The position numbers and the translations under genes were made by a program. This document shows positions 28,224 to 43,230 of a stretch of DNA of 64,000 nt, in pieces (positions within the stretch are counted from its first letter, which is position 1; each line of letters opens with the position of its first letter). Under the pieces are notes generated by a model, which did no database searches, had not been told where the DNA came from, and saw nothing but the letters and a program-made list of their open reading frames with translations. This stretch comes from Nitrospirales bacterium (GTDB lineage Bacteria; Nitrospirota; Nitrospiria; Nitrospirales; UBA8639), in contig CBDBCZ010000016.1 of the NCBI GenBank assembly GCA_965203295.1, positions 160,001 to 224,000 on the forward strand, read 5' to 3'.

Positions 28224-31080
28224 TACTGGAGTAGCATCAAGAAACACACAACTCCATGTGGCCAGAGTCAAACCTGCTGTAGTTGTTGAGTCACTCTTTC
28301 AATGTCCTCTTTCAGATGTGTGTTCTCCTCCACCAGTGTTGTCACAGCACTGGTAGCTGCTTCAGGGCTGATGTCAGTGCTCTGAGACAGCCCGTTGGAG
28401 GCTAGTGTAACCAGCTGCTCACATAAAGTGGACATCTGTATGCACAAGAGGCATACACACGCAACAGGGGTATACATAACACCGGCACCCATACACAATG
28501 ACATATGCATAGCATAAACAAGTTATTCTCAAGCAGCCAGCCTGCGATATAATCTCACACCATGTAGCATTGGGCATGACTGTGGCTCTCCGTAGTGATT
28601 CATGAGATTGAAAAGCTGTCATACAGTATATTTCTTCATTCTATTATCACTGGAGGTCAACATGTTTCTCACCTCGTAATGGACAAACATAGCCTGAAAG
28701 CAGTTGGTGAGTACATATTCACACTATTATCCAACGACCGATCAATGTTATATGATATACGTAACCCGGCCTAGTACATTAGAGTATTTTACAAAAGGAT
28801 ATTCGCATGTGTACCTTTATGTTTCGCTTTATCAAGTATGGTTACTCTCTCTCTCTTTTGCTTCTGAAACTTGGTCTTCTAAAAATCTTGTGATTTAAGC
28901 TGTCAACCTAATGAGAAGATGAGAGCTTGACAGTGTTACATACATGAACGATAAACCTACAAAACAGCCATGTGGTTTCAATTTAATACTACTTACCTGT
29001 TTAGCTGTAGCATTCTCTTCTTGGTAATTTCAGATTTCCTCTTTCATTCATTACCGCTGAGCTTCTCTTCATTAGCTTGGCTTTGTTTTAATCTCTAAAG
29101 AACAGGAAGCTGAATATCAGCTTATCATTCGCAAAATCATGTCTTGTACGTAGTAAAACTATGTCAGTCATGTACTTTAACGATTTGAGGACAGTGCACA
29201 GTGCATAAATCTAACATCTATTGTTACGTAAGTTTGAACACCCACACATATACATATGCACCGCAGCAGCTGGAAGTATAGCTTCCAGTGCAAACATAGA
29301 CGTACATGCATACAAGAGCTGTATGTACACAGAATCACCATACCCAATGTTATGTACATGACACACATATGTATACAGTGCACATGATGCTGACCTGCTT
29401 TTGAAGGGAAGCATTAATTAGATGTACGTCTTTCTCTACACTCTTGTTTCAGTTGAGAGGAGCGCCTTGCAGAAAGTTTGCTCTCCTACTGTAATCTCCG
29501 GTTTTCCTGAGTCAGTGAAGTCACAGTGGCATCCTTGCCCATCAGCTCTTTCCAGAGTGAAGAGCTACGGCTAGTAGCAGACTGCAGTTGGCTCTCAGTG
29601 TCAGCTAGCTGTTAAAGATAACAATTCACAAGTTCCATACACTCTTATGGTAGTAGACTACTGTCAAGGAAGCATGTTGCATAGCACGTGACAGTCATAC
29701 ATGCTGCATGTACAACAGTGTAGACGTAATATGAGACAGTCATACTTGCTCTAACATACTGCATGTATAGCAGTGTATGAATGGTACTGTAGACAAGACT
29801 CTCCCTTTTGGATAAACGTGTGGTCTACAGTAGACCGTAGTATGCCACATGCTTTGAATGCAAGTTTCAACATGCACCTGCCCATGCTGTTGACCAAATG
29901 TGTAATTAACATACATACATGTACGTAAGTACGTATATACATACAGGTTTATACTGTCAGTGATACAGACCTGTTTTCTTCAGCATTTCTACACCAGATA
30001 TCATTTCTTGCAAAAGATTTTCAAATGATTCCAGGTGCTCCTCCATAGAAACATAGCTACGTATGCAAAACATTGTATACATTACTTTGAAACTAACTGT
30101 GAAAGCACCACAACTACATGAAACATGAACAGTTTAACATGAAACGATTAGTCTGCAGCAGAGAGTAACCCAAACTAGTAAAGTCTATTACAAGCTAAAG
30201 ATGAAAAATGTGTGTGTGTGTTTCATATGCATGATGCCCATGCAGCCTTGACAGGGTTAGTTCAGAGCTATACGCAGTCTCTACAATATTTCTGCTCTGC
30301 TTTCCAATAATTTATGTACCACAGATCTAGAATAATGGTATTGAATGTCCGACTCAAATGAAACCAATAGTGCAGACTTACATTCCAACAAATCGAACCT
30401 ACCGTGCCTATTCCTTCCTTGGTGTGGAGAACTGGGATCTGATACAGTTGTATTGAAATGGGCTAAACGAAAAAGAAGAAGGAAATACGTTGCTTGAGGC
30501 TGCTTCTCTGCTAGCAACTGCATCTAAAAATTACATATCACTGGCTGACGGCAGTTGCCAATACGTATGCATGCGTAACAGACTGTGACTAAGGATTTTG
30601 TTAAAAGGTGATAGTCACTGGTATGTGTTAGCAGTAGTCGTGTTATAGACAGCTAAAGTAAAGTAAAGCCAAAAACAGTGATAACTGATGAGGCCTAATA
30701 AAGTGTTCAGATGTGCAGGTCTGCTCTGCAACATACTCCATAATGATCTCACACTAAGGCCTAGCCACACTTATCACTCTATGCCAGCTGACCACTCAAG
30801 AGTCACTACTCTGGCAATATTGTAATGTTGCTAGCAGTTGCACACAATTTGGAAATCCTGTCCATATCTTTACAGGTGGTCTGACTTGCACAGTGTTTAC
30901 ACACTACATACACGTTCCTGTGACAAACTCTCGCAATTAATTCATCCTCCAGTATAGAATTGACATGTACATGGACATGTCTACAGCTACATCTACTTGT
31001 ACACGTACATAGCAAGTAGCTCAGCTGAAAGCTGAAGAGTTTGCGATGTACATGTAATACACACTGTGCAAATATGCATA
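28222..31080 (-). pseudogene. Copy 1 of FHAD1-like coiled-coil gene segment, internally deleted
   Basis: Paralogous to 35512-39484 and to the reverse complement of ~41385-41915. It has AG/GT-bounded exons such as 28274-28435 (MSTLCEQLVT...VTQQLQQ) and in-frame stops (RLQ*ESK, GNE*). The DYQVQ exon is missing. Confidence 0.75.
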
Positions 31081-32439
31081 TTACTATAGGACTAGACTCG
31101 TGACAAGACCAAGTGACTATCGGAGGCCAGTTTCATAGACTGAGACGGAAGGTTAAATCATACACCAGATCTTGAGTGTCTCTCCAGAGCAATACAGCTT
31201 GTGATAAACCTCAAACTTCAGTTACTCTTGCCAACTTCCACATGTCTGTACCACTAGGGACAGGTCAAAGGGCATGCGCACTATTATTATAATTATCATA
31301 TACACGTAATTAAGTGTCGACCCATCAATGAGAATAGATATATGCCCACAGCTTCTACAAGTACGTAACTGTTTACGTCTATCACCCTGTATGTTGCGGC
31401 ATGTACATATGCTCATTGTCGTTGAAGAGTCCTGTCATTACTGACATTACATAGTGAACAAGATAACAGAAGCTGTAGTACATGTACATGTAGTTCCAAA
31501 CACTCTGGCCACTGAATTAGTAGTGCATAATAACGTAGCTACGTGCAGACACTACTGTAAAACCATTGGAATATTGACTGTAATTCACAGCTAGCCCTAT
31601 GTCTCAGTATTCAGCGCGGGGTACGTCTTCTTGAAGACCTCTAGTTAGTATTAATTCTATTTCAAAGTTACTAGCTCCAACCACCTAGTCTTAATGAAGA
31701 AGCCTTTTAAGTAAAGAATGGTACACACTACAAGTTGAGAAACACGCACAGTTGTGCTAATTGCAGTCAGTACTGAGACAGAAGTGATATACTCAAAGGT
31801 AGATGTGGCTTACCAGATTCAGTTGAAAAGCCTTCCTCTCCTCACATTCCAATTCCATTTCTTCCTTATCCTGGAAGTGAAATGCAGTATTAATTTTCAC
31901 TAAATATTGGGATAAATAGCTGCAGTAGTAGACAGCTACTAGGAAAATTGCATACATAACTATGTACAGTCTAAACTACTTACTTCAAGAACGTTCTTGC
32001 CTTGTATAATGATATTGGGAGAGGTCATGCACTCCAGGTTAATATGCAGTATTGCAGGCCGGTGTTTGTCTGCACATACTACGAGCTGTGTTGTACCTGT
32101 TTTACTTGTTCCAGCTCCTCCATCACAGTAGCTGTAATTCTCTTTTCTTCCTCCAGAGAAACGTCCTTGTCATTCTCCAGTTGTATCTTCATTTCCTCTA
32201 ATTGCTTTTGATACATCTCCTGCATTGCATACAACAGTCACTCTAAAACTGAGTTCTTCTATAGGTTAAATTATAAGGAATAAATATATTGAAATGTGGC
32301 AGATTGCTGGTCCTTGATACTGTGTCAATTTAGTGTAGCTGTGATTCACCAGCAGCCTGCCAGGAGAGATCCTTGCTTTGAGATGGAAAAATTCTAGCGT
32401 GGCAGGTAAGGTGAGAATGAAGATTGTCCTTATACATAA

Positions 32440-32670
32440 ACTACTAGGATCACTAGTAAAGCACTTTGGCCCAGTGGTGGATAAACACTATGATCAAGGG
32501 CAACAACACACCAATCATCCAGTCCATTGGGGGAGTAAAAGCCTGTTTTCTCCTTTCATAATGGAAAATAGGTATACGTATCAGCCATCACCACACACAC
32601 ACACTAGCATCATGGCCAACCAAGTTAGAGGGCTTCAAGATGAAGGGATTAGTGCTGCTCATCTTGGTAA
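32440..32670 (+). pseudogene. Degenerate RecQ/WRN-like helicase N-terminal fragment inside an intron
   Basis: Across frameshifts it reads LVKHFG...IKGNNTPIIQSIGG/SKSLFSP...HTSIMANQVRGLQDEGISAAHLG. This resembles RecQ motifs I (G.D.LVI.PTG.GKSL) and Ia (SLM.DQV..L...GI.A..LG). Confidence 0.45.
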
Positions 32671-33213
32671 CAGACATAGATACACACATACGTGTATACT
32701 ACTATGTTGGGGCTGTTCATGATCCTGAGAATATCCTGATGAGAAAAGGAATGCCTAACCGGCTTGAGATTTTTGCTATTCTCAATATTATTCTCCTAGT
32801 TTTCTTCTTACATTAGTTATAGAATTAAATTATCTTTGTTACATAAGTGAACATTCTATACAATCCATAAAAGACAAGTAGATATTAACATGTCGACACT
32901 ACTTCACCAGCCACTTGATCAGACATTATTGATACCATCACAGAGGGCTGGCTAGCCACTCAACCAAAAAAAACCTCAATCTATTGAGTGCTCAGTCCCT
33001 GTGAATTGCCGGTCGGAGCACGTGAACTACACTCTCACATTCTTTCCCACATAACCAACACTGCCTATCATCATTTTTACTGCCTATCATCATTTTTATC
33101 TTCCTAACTCTTCATTCAGACCATTAGTACCAGACCTCAACTTAAACCCCATATTCCCTTACTGCTTCATTACACGTTTTAGAAGAGCAGCCAAGTATCT
33201 TTTTAGATGCTAC

Positions 33214-33281
33214 TAGTCTATCGAGCTAGACCCTCCTCAGCGCTTAGCTAAGCATAGAGGAGGGTCTAGCTCGATAGACTA
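33214..33281. mobile_element. 68-bp palindromic MITE with 9-bp TSD
   Basis: tagtctatcgagctagaccctcctc...gaggagggtctagctcgatagacta forms a perfect 25-bp stem. It is flanked by agatgctac at 33205-33213 and 33282-33290. Confidence 0.85.
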
Positions 33282-33960
33282 AGATGCTACTAGCTAAATA
33301 CGTAGATTCCAAACTGCTATTCTCGACATTAGGAAAGCGGCTTTGAGTTAAGGTTTGGGTAGGCAGTTTTGAGAATGTTTGCATGTACATGTAACAGTGA
33401 CAACACTTTTGTCCAGCACACTAATGCCTTTGATCTACTAGGACAACACTAGTAACACTTGCATGGGTACAAGAAACTCTCGGAAACACAATTAGGCTAA
33501 AGAAGATATGCTTATTCTGAATCAGACTTGTAAAAGGCTGAAAAATTCCCTAATATTGGTTATTAATTTTTGTTCTGCAAGCCACACACATTTAATCTAC
33601 ATGTACGTAATCACCAAATCTGAGCATCCGTCTATTAATGTTCTGCTTGCATTGTACATGACTCAGTATGCAATATCCAGTCTGAGATATGCTCATATTA
33701 CAATGATTGTATGTCACTTACTTGCTCCTCCTGTTTAGTCGTCTCTACAACCTTTAGTAGCCTCTGCTCTTCATCCTGTTTCATTGCAGCCACAGCCCCA
33801 GAGAGGGCTTCACTGTGCTCTATTTCAATAAGAGACAACCTGTAGAAGTAGACTTACATATTCACAACTGTTGTGACCAGCATGACCAGGATTACTATGG
33901 GTATAATATAGGCGTATTCATTCCAGTTTCTGCACTTTTGATGCATTCTCGACAACCATA

Positions 33961-34050
33961 TCTACTTATTTCCCAGTTTTTTTTCACATAGTAAAATAAT
34001 TATTACGTGCGAAAAGAAAAGCTGGGAAGTAGAGCCTAGGAACGAGGCTA
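33961..34050. mobile_element. Degenerate hairpin MITE remnant (…ggaacgaggcta end)
   Basis: tctactt…ttcccag pairs with ctgggaagtaga. The right end resembles the other TAG/CTA hairpin elements, but the left end is missing. Confidence 0.45.
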
Positions 34051-36959
34051 CATGTAGTGTGTAGCACCTACTCATGTTGTGTTGCAGCATGGAACCTCAG
34101 TTACATATATATGTAGCTCATGTGTATGTGTGTATGTGTGTATGTGTATTTTGGCCTGGGAACAATACATTTAGTATCCAGCTGTTCTTTTCGTTTGATA
34201 CATGAAAACATGAAAAATTTCATGTGTCATTCAAAATTTGTCTAAAACTGGTGGAATTTATGATTCTAACCTTCAGTCAATAGCAGAGCCAAACCCATCT
34301 CCAGTACGTTGCCAAACCCCAATTGTCAGTTAATTGTGGGGTTAATTGTGGGGTATGTTACGGTGCATGTGGTCTTTAGATGAGAGCACATATGATACTT
34401 GTAACAATAAGAGTGCCTATAGAAAGATGTCATCTTGACAGGACATAGTTTAACAATATTGGCTTTAAAAAAATTGTAGGGCAGTAATTTTCGATTACGT
34501 AGGCTGTGAATAGCAGTGGGCATATGTATGCTCATACATGTATACTCTATGGAAATATGTAGGTATGTTCAAGGTAGAGAATTAGAAGCAGTAAAATAAA
34601 CTGTTTATACCATGAAACCACTATAAAATTATAGGCACTTAGAATAATCTCCTGCTTTAAACAAACTGAATATGTGTATGGTAGAAACGTATCTATCACA
34701 TAGAAATCTCACCATCCACACACTTTTCATTACTTTACAAGCTAGCTAGCTGGCTCTTAACCAGGCAAGGTTTTCTCCAATATAGTTCAATGTGAATTTA
34801 TATGGATTTTTGGGTACTAATATAGAATCAGAAAAAGTTTACACTTTTTCTGGGTTCATAAATGTGCCCTTGGCTAGCAAAGAGCCAGATCTTCTGTTCA
34901 ACCATATATTATTAAAAACTTTTTACTTTTTTCAAGTTACTACTACAATGAAGTGCATCACCTTCATTCCCAGAAAGCACTCAACAACACTATGAACTCC
35001 AGAACACACAGCAGAATGACTATCTTGCAGCTGTATGAAATACAGGAAGTGGCAATAAACACATTAAACGTATATGTACATATACGCAGTAATTAAAATA
35101 CATACGTGCCTGTATACGTAGTTACTATAATTATAGTTCTGCCATAACATAGGGCCTGGAGTGTATATTATACTAAAGATTAAGGAATATTTCAGTCGTA
35201 GATCTCAATATATATGCAGCAGGCTATGGAACCTTTACTTCCCAAAGTGTGTTCGATGATGCTACATGAATCAGTTTGTTTATGCAGAGAGTATTTCTAT
35301 TACCACCAGCAACAACAGCAATGATTCTTAACCATATTTCCTGCGTATACACCTGCACCTCTGCTTCTTTGCCGTACTTATACACTTATACAGTGTGTTA
35401 CTGATTTTTTGCAGAACACAGTGCTCCAGAAATGAATGAATGACGTAGGTATATATGTATACAATAAATATGTACACTGTTTTTCTGCGTACATGGTGTA
35501 TGGATATGTAGATTACTGGAGTAGCATCAAGAAACACACAACTCCATGTGGCAAGAGTCAAACCTGCTCCAGTTGTTGAGTCACTCTTTCAATGTCCTCT
35601 TTCAGATGTGTGTTATCCTCCACCAGTGTTGTCATAGCACTAGTAGCTGCTTCAGGGCTGATGTCAGTGCTCTGAGACAGCCCGTTGGAGGCTAGTGTAA
35701 CCAGCTGCTCACATAAAGTGGACATCTGTATGCACAAGAGGCATACACACGTGACAGGGGTATACATAACACCGGCACCCATACACAATGACATATGCAT
35801 AGCATAAACAAGTTATTCTCAAGCAGCCAGCCTGCGATATAATCTCACACCATGTAGCAATGGGCATGACTGTGGCTCTCCGTAGTGATTCATGAGATTG
35901 AAAAGCTGTCATACAGTATATTTCTTCATTCTATTATCACTGGAGGTCAACATGTTTCTCACCCCGTAATGGACAAACATAGCCTGAAAGCAGTTGGTGA
36001 GTACATATTCATACTATTATCCAGCGACTGATCTATGTTATATGATATACGTAACACAGCCTAGTACATTAGAGTATTTTACAAAAGGATATTCGCTTAT
36101 ATTTCGCATTATCAAGTACGGTTACTCTCTCTCTTTTGCTTCATAAACTTGGTCTTCTAAAAAATCTTGTGATTGAAGCTGTCAAGTTAATGAAAAGATG
36201 AGATCTTGACAACATTACATACATACACGATAGACCTACAAAACAGCCATGTGGTTTCAATTTAATACTACTTACCTGTTTAGCAGTAGCATCATTTTTC
36301 TCTTCTTGGTAAGTTCAGATTTCCTCTTTCGGTCATTACCGCTGAGCTTCTCTTCATTAGCTTGGCTTTGTTCTAATCTCTAAAGAACAGGAAGCTGAAT
36401 ATCAGCTTATCATTCGCAAAATCATGTCTTTTACGTAATAAAAATATGTCAGTCATGTACTTTAACAATTTAAGGACAGTGCACAGTGCATAAATCTAAC
36501 ATCTATTGTTACGTAAGTTTGAACACCCACACATATACATAGCTATGCACCGCAGAATCTGGAAGTATAGCCTTGGAAACCGGTGAAATTGCATTACTGT
36601 TCTACTGTACTTCACAAGCTCAAAACATACTCACTGACAGCACGTGAGAGTTAATCACAGCATATCAAGTGTTGAAAGCATATTAAATGTATTACTAAGT
36701 GCGCATCGTAGTGATTCAGAATACTACATATGATTTGAACATCCTGTTTCTCCATACTCCAATAATTGACAGTTACTTTCTACACATTTACCTTTTGAAG
36801 ATCATTATTTAGTTCTGTCAACTTTTCACCTGTTGTATGTATGCAACATGAAACAATAACAGAAGAGAGCAGCAACACATACATGGGTGCTGCATGATAC
36901 TATCTTAAGAGAGTAATTACAGTTAGAATTGGCAGGTCATATTGGCGAGTGTTTCTAGT

Positions 36960-37100
36960 GGGTTTAGTAGCTACGCATAAAACTTGCCTACTGACTAGCA
37001 ATCAGAATGTCCTGGGTTCAACTCCCAGCTAGGCTCTGGTTTTAGGAGGTATGATACAGTAAAGTAGCTTCTTTACTGCTAACACAAACTTCTGGTAAGA
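36960..37100 (+). mobile_element. tRNA-derived SINE-like head
   Basis: Contains the B-box/T-loop motif ctgGGTTCAACTCCcag after aatcagaatgtc. There is no convincing acceptor or D stem. Paralogs lie at 49212-49475. Confidence 0.5.
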
Positions 37101-39108
37101 GTAACTGGGCACTTATAATTCAAACAAATAGTCCCGGGTTTTTGCCCGAGTACCAGGCCTTCAAGTTAACAATACCTTTAAAATCCGGAAGGTGTGAAAA
37201 TGTATATTGCCCTAGTCCAAACATATACGTACATGCATACAAGAGCTGTATGTGCACAGAATCAACATACCCAATGTTATGTACATGACACACATATGTA
37301 TACAGTGCACATGATGCTGACCTGCTTTTGAAGGGAAGCATTAATAAGATGTACGTCTTTCTCTACACTCTTGTTTCAGTTGAGAGGAGCGCCTTGCAGA
37401 AAATTTGCTCTCCTCCTGTAACCTCCGGTTTTCCTGAGTCAGTGGAGTCACAGTGGCATCCTTGCCCATCAGCTCTTTCCGGAGTGAAGAGCTATGGCTA
37501 GTAGCAGACTGCAGTTGGCTCTCAGTGTCAGCTAGCTGTTAAAGATAACAATTCACAAGTTTCATACACTCTTATGGTAATAGAATACTGCCAAGGAAGC
37601 ATGTTGCGTAGCACGTTTCACATTAAAGCTGAGCCACATCACATGACAGTCTTACATGCTGCATGTACAGCAGTGTAGACATAATATGAGACAGTCATAC
37701 TTGCTCTAACATACTGCATGTGTAGCAATGCATGAATGGTACTGTAGATACAGACTCTCCTTTCTGGATAAAGGTGTGGTCTACAGTAGAACGTAGTATG
37801 CTACATGCTTTGTATGCAAGTAAGTTTCAACATGCACCTGCCCATGCTGTTGACCAAATGTGTAATTAACATACATACATGTACGTAGGTACATACATAC
37901 ATACAGGTTTATACTGGCAGTTTGAAGTGATACAGACCTGTTTCTTCAGCATTTCTACACCAGATATCATTTCTTGCAAAAGATTTTCAAATGATTCCAG
38001 GGGCTCCTCCATAGAAACATAGCTACGTATGCAAAACATTGTATACATTACTTTGAAACTAACTGTGAGAGCACCACAACTACTACATGTAACATGAGCA
38101 GTTAAACATGCAATGATTAGTATGCAGCAGAGAGTGATCCAAAACTAGTAAAGCCTATTACAAGCTAAGATGGAAAATGTGTGTGTGTGTTTCATAGGCA
38201 TGATGCCCATACGCAGCTTTGACAGAGTATAGGAATAGTTCAGAGCTATACGCAGTCTCTACAATATTTCTGCCTTGCTTTCCACATAATTTACATACCT
38301 CAGATCTTTAGCCATTGGGTTTTTCTTGTAAGCAGCCAGTTTTTTCCTTAGTTCAGCTATAATAGCATCTTTTCTCTGGCTCTCAGACTCAAACAGAGCC
38401 AGCCTACAGACTCTGTCCGTTAGACACTGCACTTGATAATCCTGTAAAACGGGGCATGTAGTCTGAATATGTATGTAACTGGTAATTTCAGAATCCAGTA
38501 CACAAACCTTGAAAAGCAGATACATGTATGTACATAGTCAGCTGTGTACATACATGTACATGTACATGTAAGTAAGGGCCAATGATCAGAACAGGCTGAT
38601 GGCCCACTCAGACTAACCATCTTTTCGAGTGTATACAGCAAGTTTTCCAGCAAGGAAAATAAACCACTTAATACAAAACGTGCATCACAATAATGTGTTC
38701 TACGACGCCAAGAGCAACTATCCTGTGCTATCTATTTTGGCCTGCATGTAGGAGGGCCAGGGATGTAGCTAGAATGAGATTCCATGAGTAAAACATATTT
38801 AATATACCTTCTCAATAAGGGCATCATGTATACGTAGCAAAGAGTTGCTTTCAGAATCCTCTCCTGCTCTTGCTCTTTGTTCCACAACATCCTGTCCTAA
38901 AACAGGACCAAGAATAACAATATATACACACATATACTGTAGTAATCATAGCAGGCTGAATGCAATTAACGAGTGTCACATCAGGGGTGGGTACAGCTAC
39001 TAAAAGTGTGTGTGTGTGCATGTGTGGAGACAAGGCTACGTTGCACTAGACACTAGATGGGTACCAACTGGTGTGAAGGAAATTTTAAAATCAATCCAGG
39101 TTGCTTTT

Positions 39109-39139
<31 letters not shown>

Positions 39140-39769
39140 GGTGGGGGGCTCAACCCTCCTGCACATGTATGCCTAGATTTTGGAAACATAATACTCATAT
39201 GGCCCACAGAAATCCAGAAGTACTGTAAAAATAATTACATATCATAAAAAATTCAGAAGTACTGTAAAAATAATGGTATTGAATGTCCGACTCAAATAAA
39301 ACCAATAGTGCAGACTTACATTCCAACAAATCGAACCTACCGTGAGTATTCCTTCTTTGGTGTGGAGAACTGGGATCTGATACAGGTGTCTCATCATGCA
39401 TTGAAATGGGCTAAATGAAAAAGAAGAAGGGAAAACGTTGCTTGAGGTTGCTTTCTGCTAGCAACTGCATCCAAAAAATACATAGTCTGCTGGCATTGAT
39501 CCTTTGTTAGCCCATGGCTGCTCCGCATATACAACTCTTTCAAATGCTCAGGGAGGTGTAGCATTTCAGATTCTGCCTTTGCAATTTCCTTTTGTTGCAG
39601 AACAACACTTGCAACTTGCTCACATCTTGCAATTTCGGTTCACTTCTTGACTTTGCGTTTCTGGCCAGTTAGATTCATCATTCTCACGACTGTGGTAGGT
39701 TGGTGTAGGTCTACCAGAGTTCGGGCAACCAACAAGCCTTCCAGGGCACTTTCTGCTTCCTTGTTTCTG

Positions 39770-40582
39770 CCAGTAGTGTGGCCTTCTCTGTCTCTGTCCA
39801 GTGGTTCAGCTGGCTCAACATCTCGAATTGGGCCCGGTAGGCCTCCCGAGATGAACGCCCGTCGTACGGTGGTGGTCGCTGCAGAACCCCACCTCCCGTA
39901 CAGGTTCGATGTATGCCGTCATCTGCCCCTGCAAGGAAAGAATTCACAGTTGGAATAAACTCCACTGCAGATGCCCGCAAGGGAGGAGAGGACGCGCTCC
40001 CCGTCGGCTTCTCGACTTCTGTTTCACAGATGCCTGACTTGTCCGCGTCTCCTCGAGCTCGACTGCAGATGCGCGCAACGACGGAGAGAGCGTTGTTTCT
40101 GGCGACTTCTTCTCGACGCTCTGAAGGGTCTCCAGCTTTGTCTGTACTTCCTCCCTCAAAGAGGCCTGGCTTTCCCGCATCTCCTCGGCCAGCACTCGAT
40201 GCGAGGTTTGCAGCTCTGCTAGCCAGCCTTCGGCCGTCTGGAATCTGCCCTCCACGGCTTCCTTGGTACGCTCCAGATCGTACTGAAGAGCTTCCACTTG
40301 CTGCTCCCCCTCCAGCTGCTTATTTTCCAGTACTTTCCATTGCCTTTCTACCAGCTGCTCCAGCTGCTGCTCCTGCTGATGGGCCAGCTCCTTTTGCCAC
40401 TGCCGCTGCTCACTCGCGAGCTGCTCCTGTCGCTCCCGCTGTTGCTCCATCATGCCGATGAGCTTCGCCTCCTGCCGCTCTTGCTGCTGCTCCTGGCGCT
40501 CTTGTTGCTGCCCCATCATGCCGATGAGCTTCGCCAGCTGTTCTTCCAGCTCCTGCCGTCTAGTGGCTGCTCTCGTGCTCAT
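39770..40582 (-). pseudogene. Gypsy gag fragment (frameshifted)
   Basis: The 212-aa Q/E-rich ORF 39944-40582 starts a few bp after the PBS. It continues in another frame (ORF 39711-39980) into the PYDG..WEAY-like capsid motif. Confidence 0.8.
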
Positions 40583-40587
40583 CTGCT

Positions 40588-40605
40588 ATCCCACTCCTGA
40601 CACCA
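40588..40605 (-). promoter_or_regulatory. Primer-binding site complementary to tRNA-Leu 3' end
   Basis: Minus strand reads TGGTGTCAGGAGTGGGAT, 2 bp inside the LTR end. Plus strand atcccactcctgacaCCA matches a tRNA-Leu 3' terminus. Confidence 0.85.
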
Positions 40606-40607
40606 AT

Positions 40608-40886
40608 TGTAGCGAACCCCGCGGGTTATAACTTCGCCGTAGCAGCGAGCACGCAGCGCAGAACAGAGATGACAGACTTTTTGGCAACAGAAATGGATCA
40701 GCAGCATCTTACAGAAGAATGGCCTGCTTTTATAGACTTTAGCATGACAACGAAAGAATGCTTCAGAAAGAAATGCAGGCTGGTGGACAGAAACACAATG
40801 CTGGCAGACATGAACAACAGAAGAATGCCCAGAAACATTGACAACACAAGAATGCACAACAGCTCACAATAGCCATACTGTCTACA
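40608..40886 (-). repeat. 5' LTR (279 bp)
   Basis: Bounded by TGTAG (40608) and CTACA (40886) inverted termini and directly adjacent to the PBS. Confidence 0.75.
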
Positions 40887-41278
40887 ATGGAGTCAATCTT
40901 CGACTCCAGCCTAAGGCTAAATACTGCTGGAGGAGACCTCCGTTACATTATATATATAGGAAACCAGTTAGCAGCTATGAATTTGTTTCTACATGTCGAT
41001 TATGAGAAAGTGTATTTCAGAGGGGGATTAGTATGCAACGTGCTGTGTGGGTATAGATTTCTTGAACGTACAACTTTACTTGTATTGTCAGAATGTTTAA
41101 GCATCAGTCATATCATAGCCATGCAGCTCTTGTATCATGGGTTGCCTCCTTTCAAACAAGACTATCACAGCAGGCAAGTGCTAAATATAACTGTAAATGT
41201 GATTCTGCTATTGCAGGTCAATGTGACTTCATTGATGTTCTTCAACTACCATGACTACAAATGAAGATAAGGTGCCTC

Positions 41279-43165
<1,887 letters not shown>

Positions 43166-43168
43166 ATA

Positions 43169-43230
43169 TACTGCAAAAAATGCCGAGTCGGAACAACCCA
43201 CGTTCGCGTGTTGTTCGTTTGTCCCCGAAA
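43169..43230 (+). mobile_element. CACTG/EnSpm(CMC)-like terminal sequence
   Basis: tACTGCAAAAAATGCC followed by CpG-rich subterminal motifs (gcgtgttgttc) that are shared with 47900-47980 (reverse) and 55602-55690. Confidence 0.5.

Larger units (their letters stand above)
39485..40886 (-). mobile_element. Truncated Ty3/Gypsy LTR retrotransposon (5' LTR, PBS, partial gag, piece of pol)
   Basis: LTR and PBS are followed by a coiled-coil gag and the motif QRPPPYDGRSSREAYRAQFEMLSQLNHWTETEKAT. After an internal deletion near 39770 it reads GLLVARTLVDL...VRMMNL...IARCEQV...LPEHLKELYMRS, like the protease-RT linker. There is no RT, integrase or 3' LTR. Confidence 0.85.

Noticed and set aside
36960..37050. 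Functional tRNA gene
   Set aside because: Only the T-arm/B-box is recognisable, and I could not fold an acceptor or D stem.
39913..40600. Plus-strand ORFs (182 aa Ala/Pro-rich, 100 aa Leu-rich)
   Set aside because: They are antisense shadows of the Q/E-rich gag frame.
40588..40605. tRNA 3' end as a phage-like integration site
   Set aside because: Its position between LTR and gag identifies it as a retrotransposon primer-binding site.
40887..41264. 125-aa ATG-initiated ORF next to the LTR
   Set aside because: No recognisable motif and intron-like composition. It cannot be supported as a gene.
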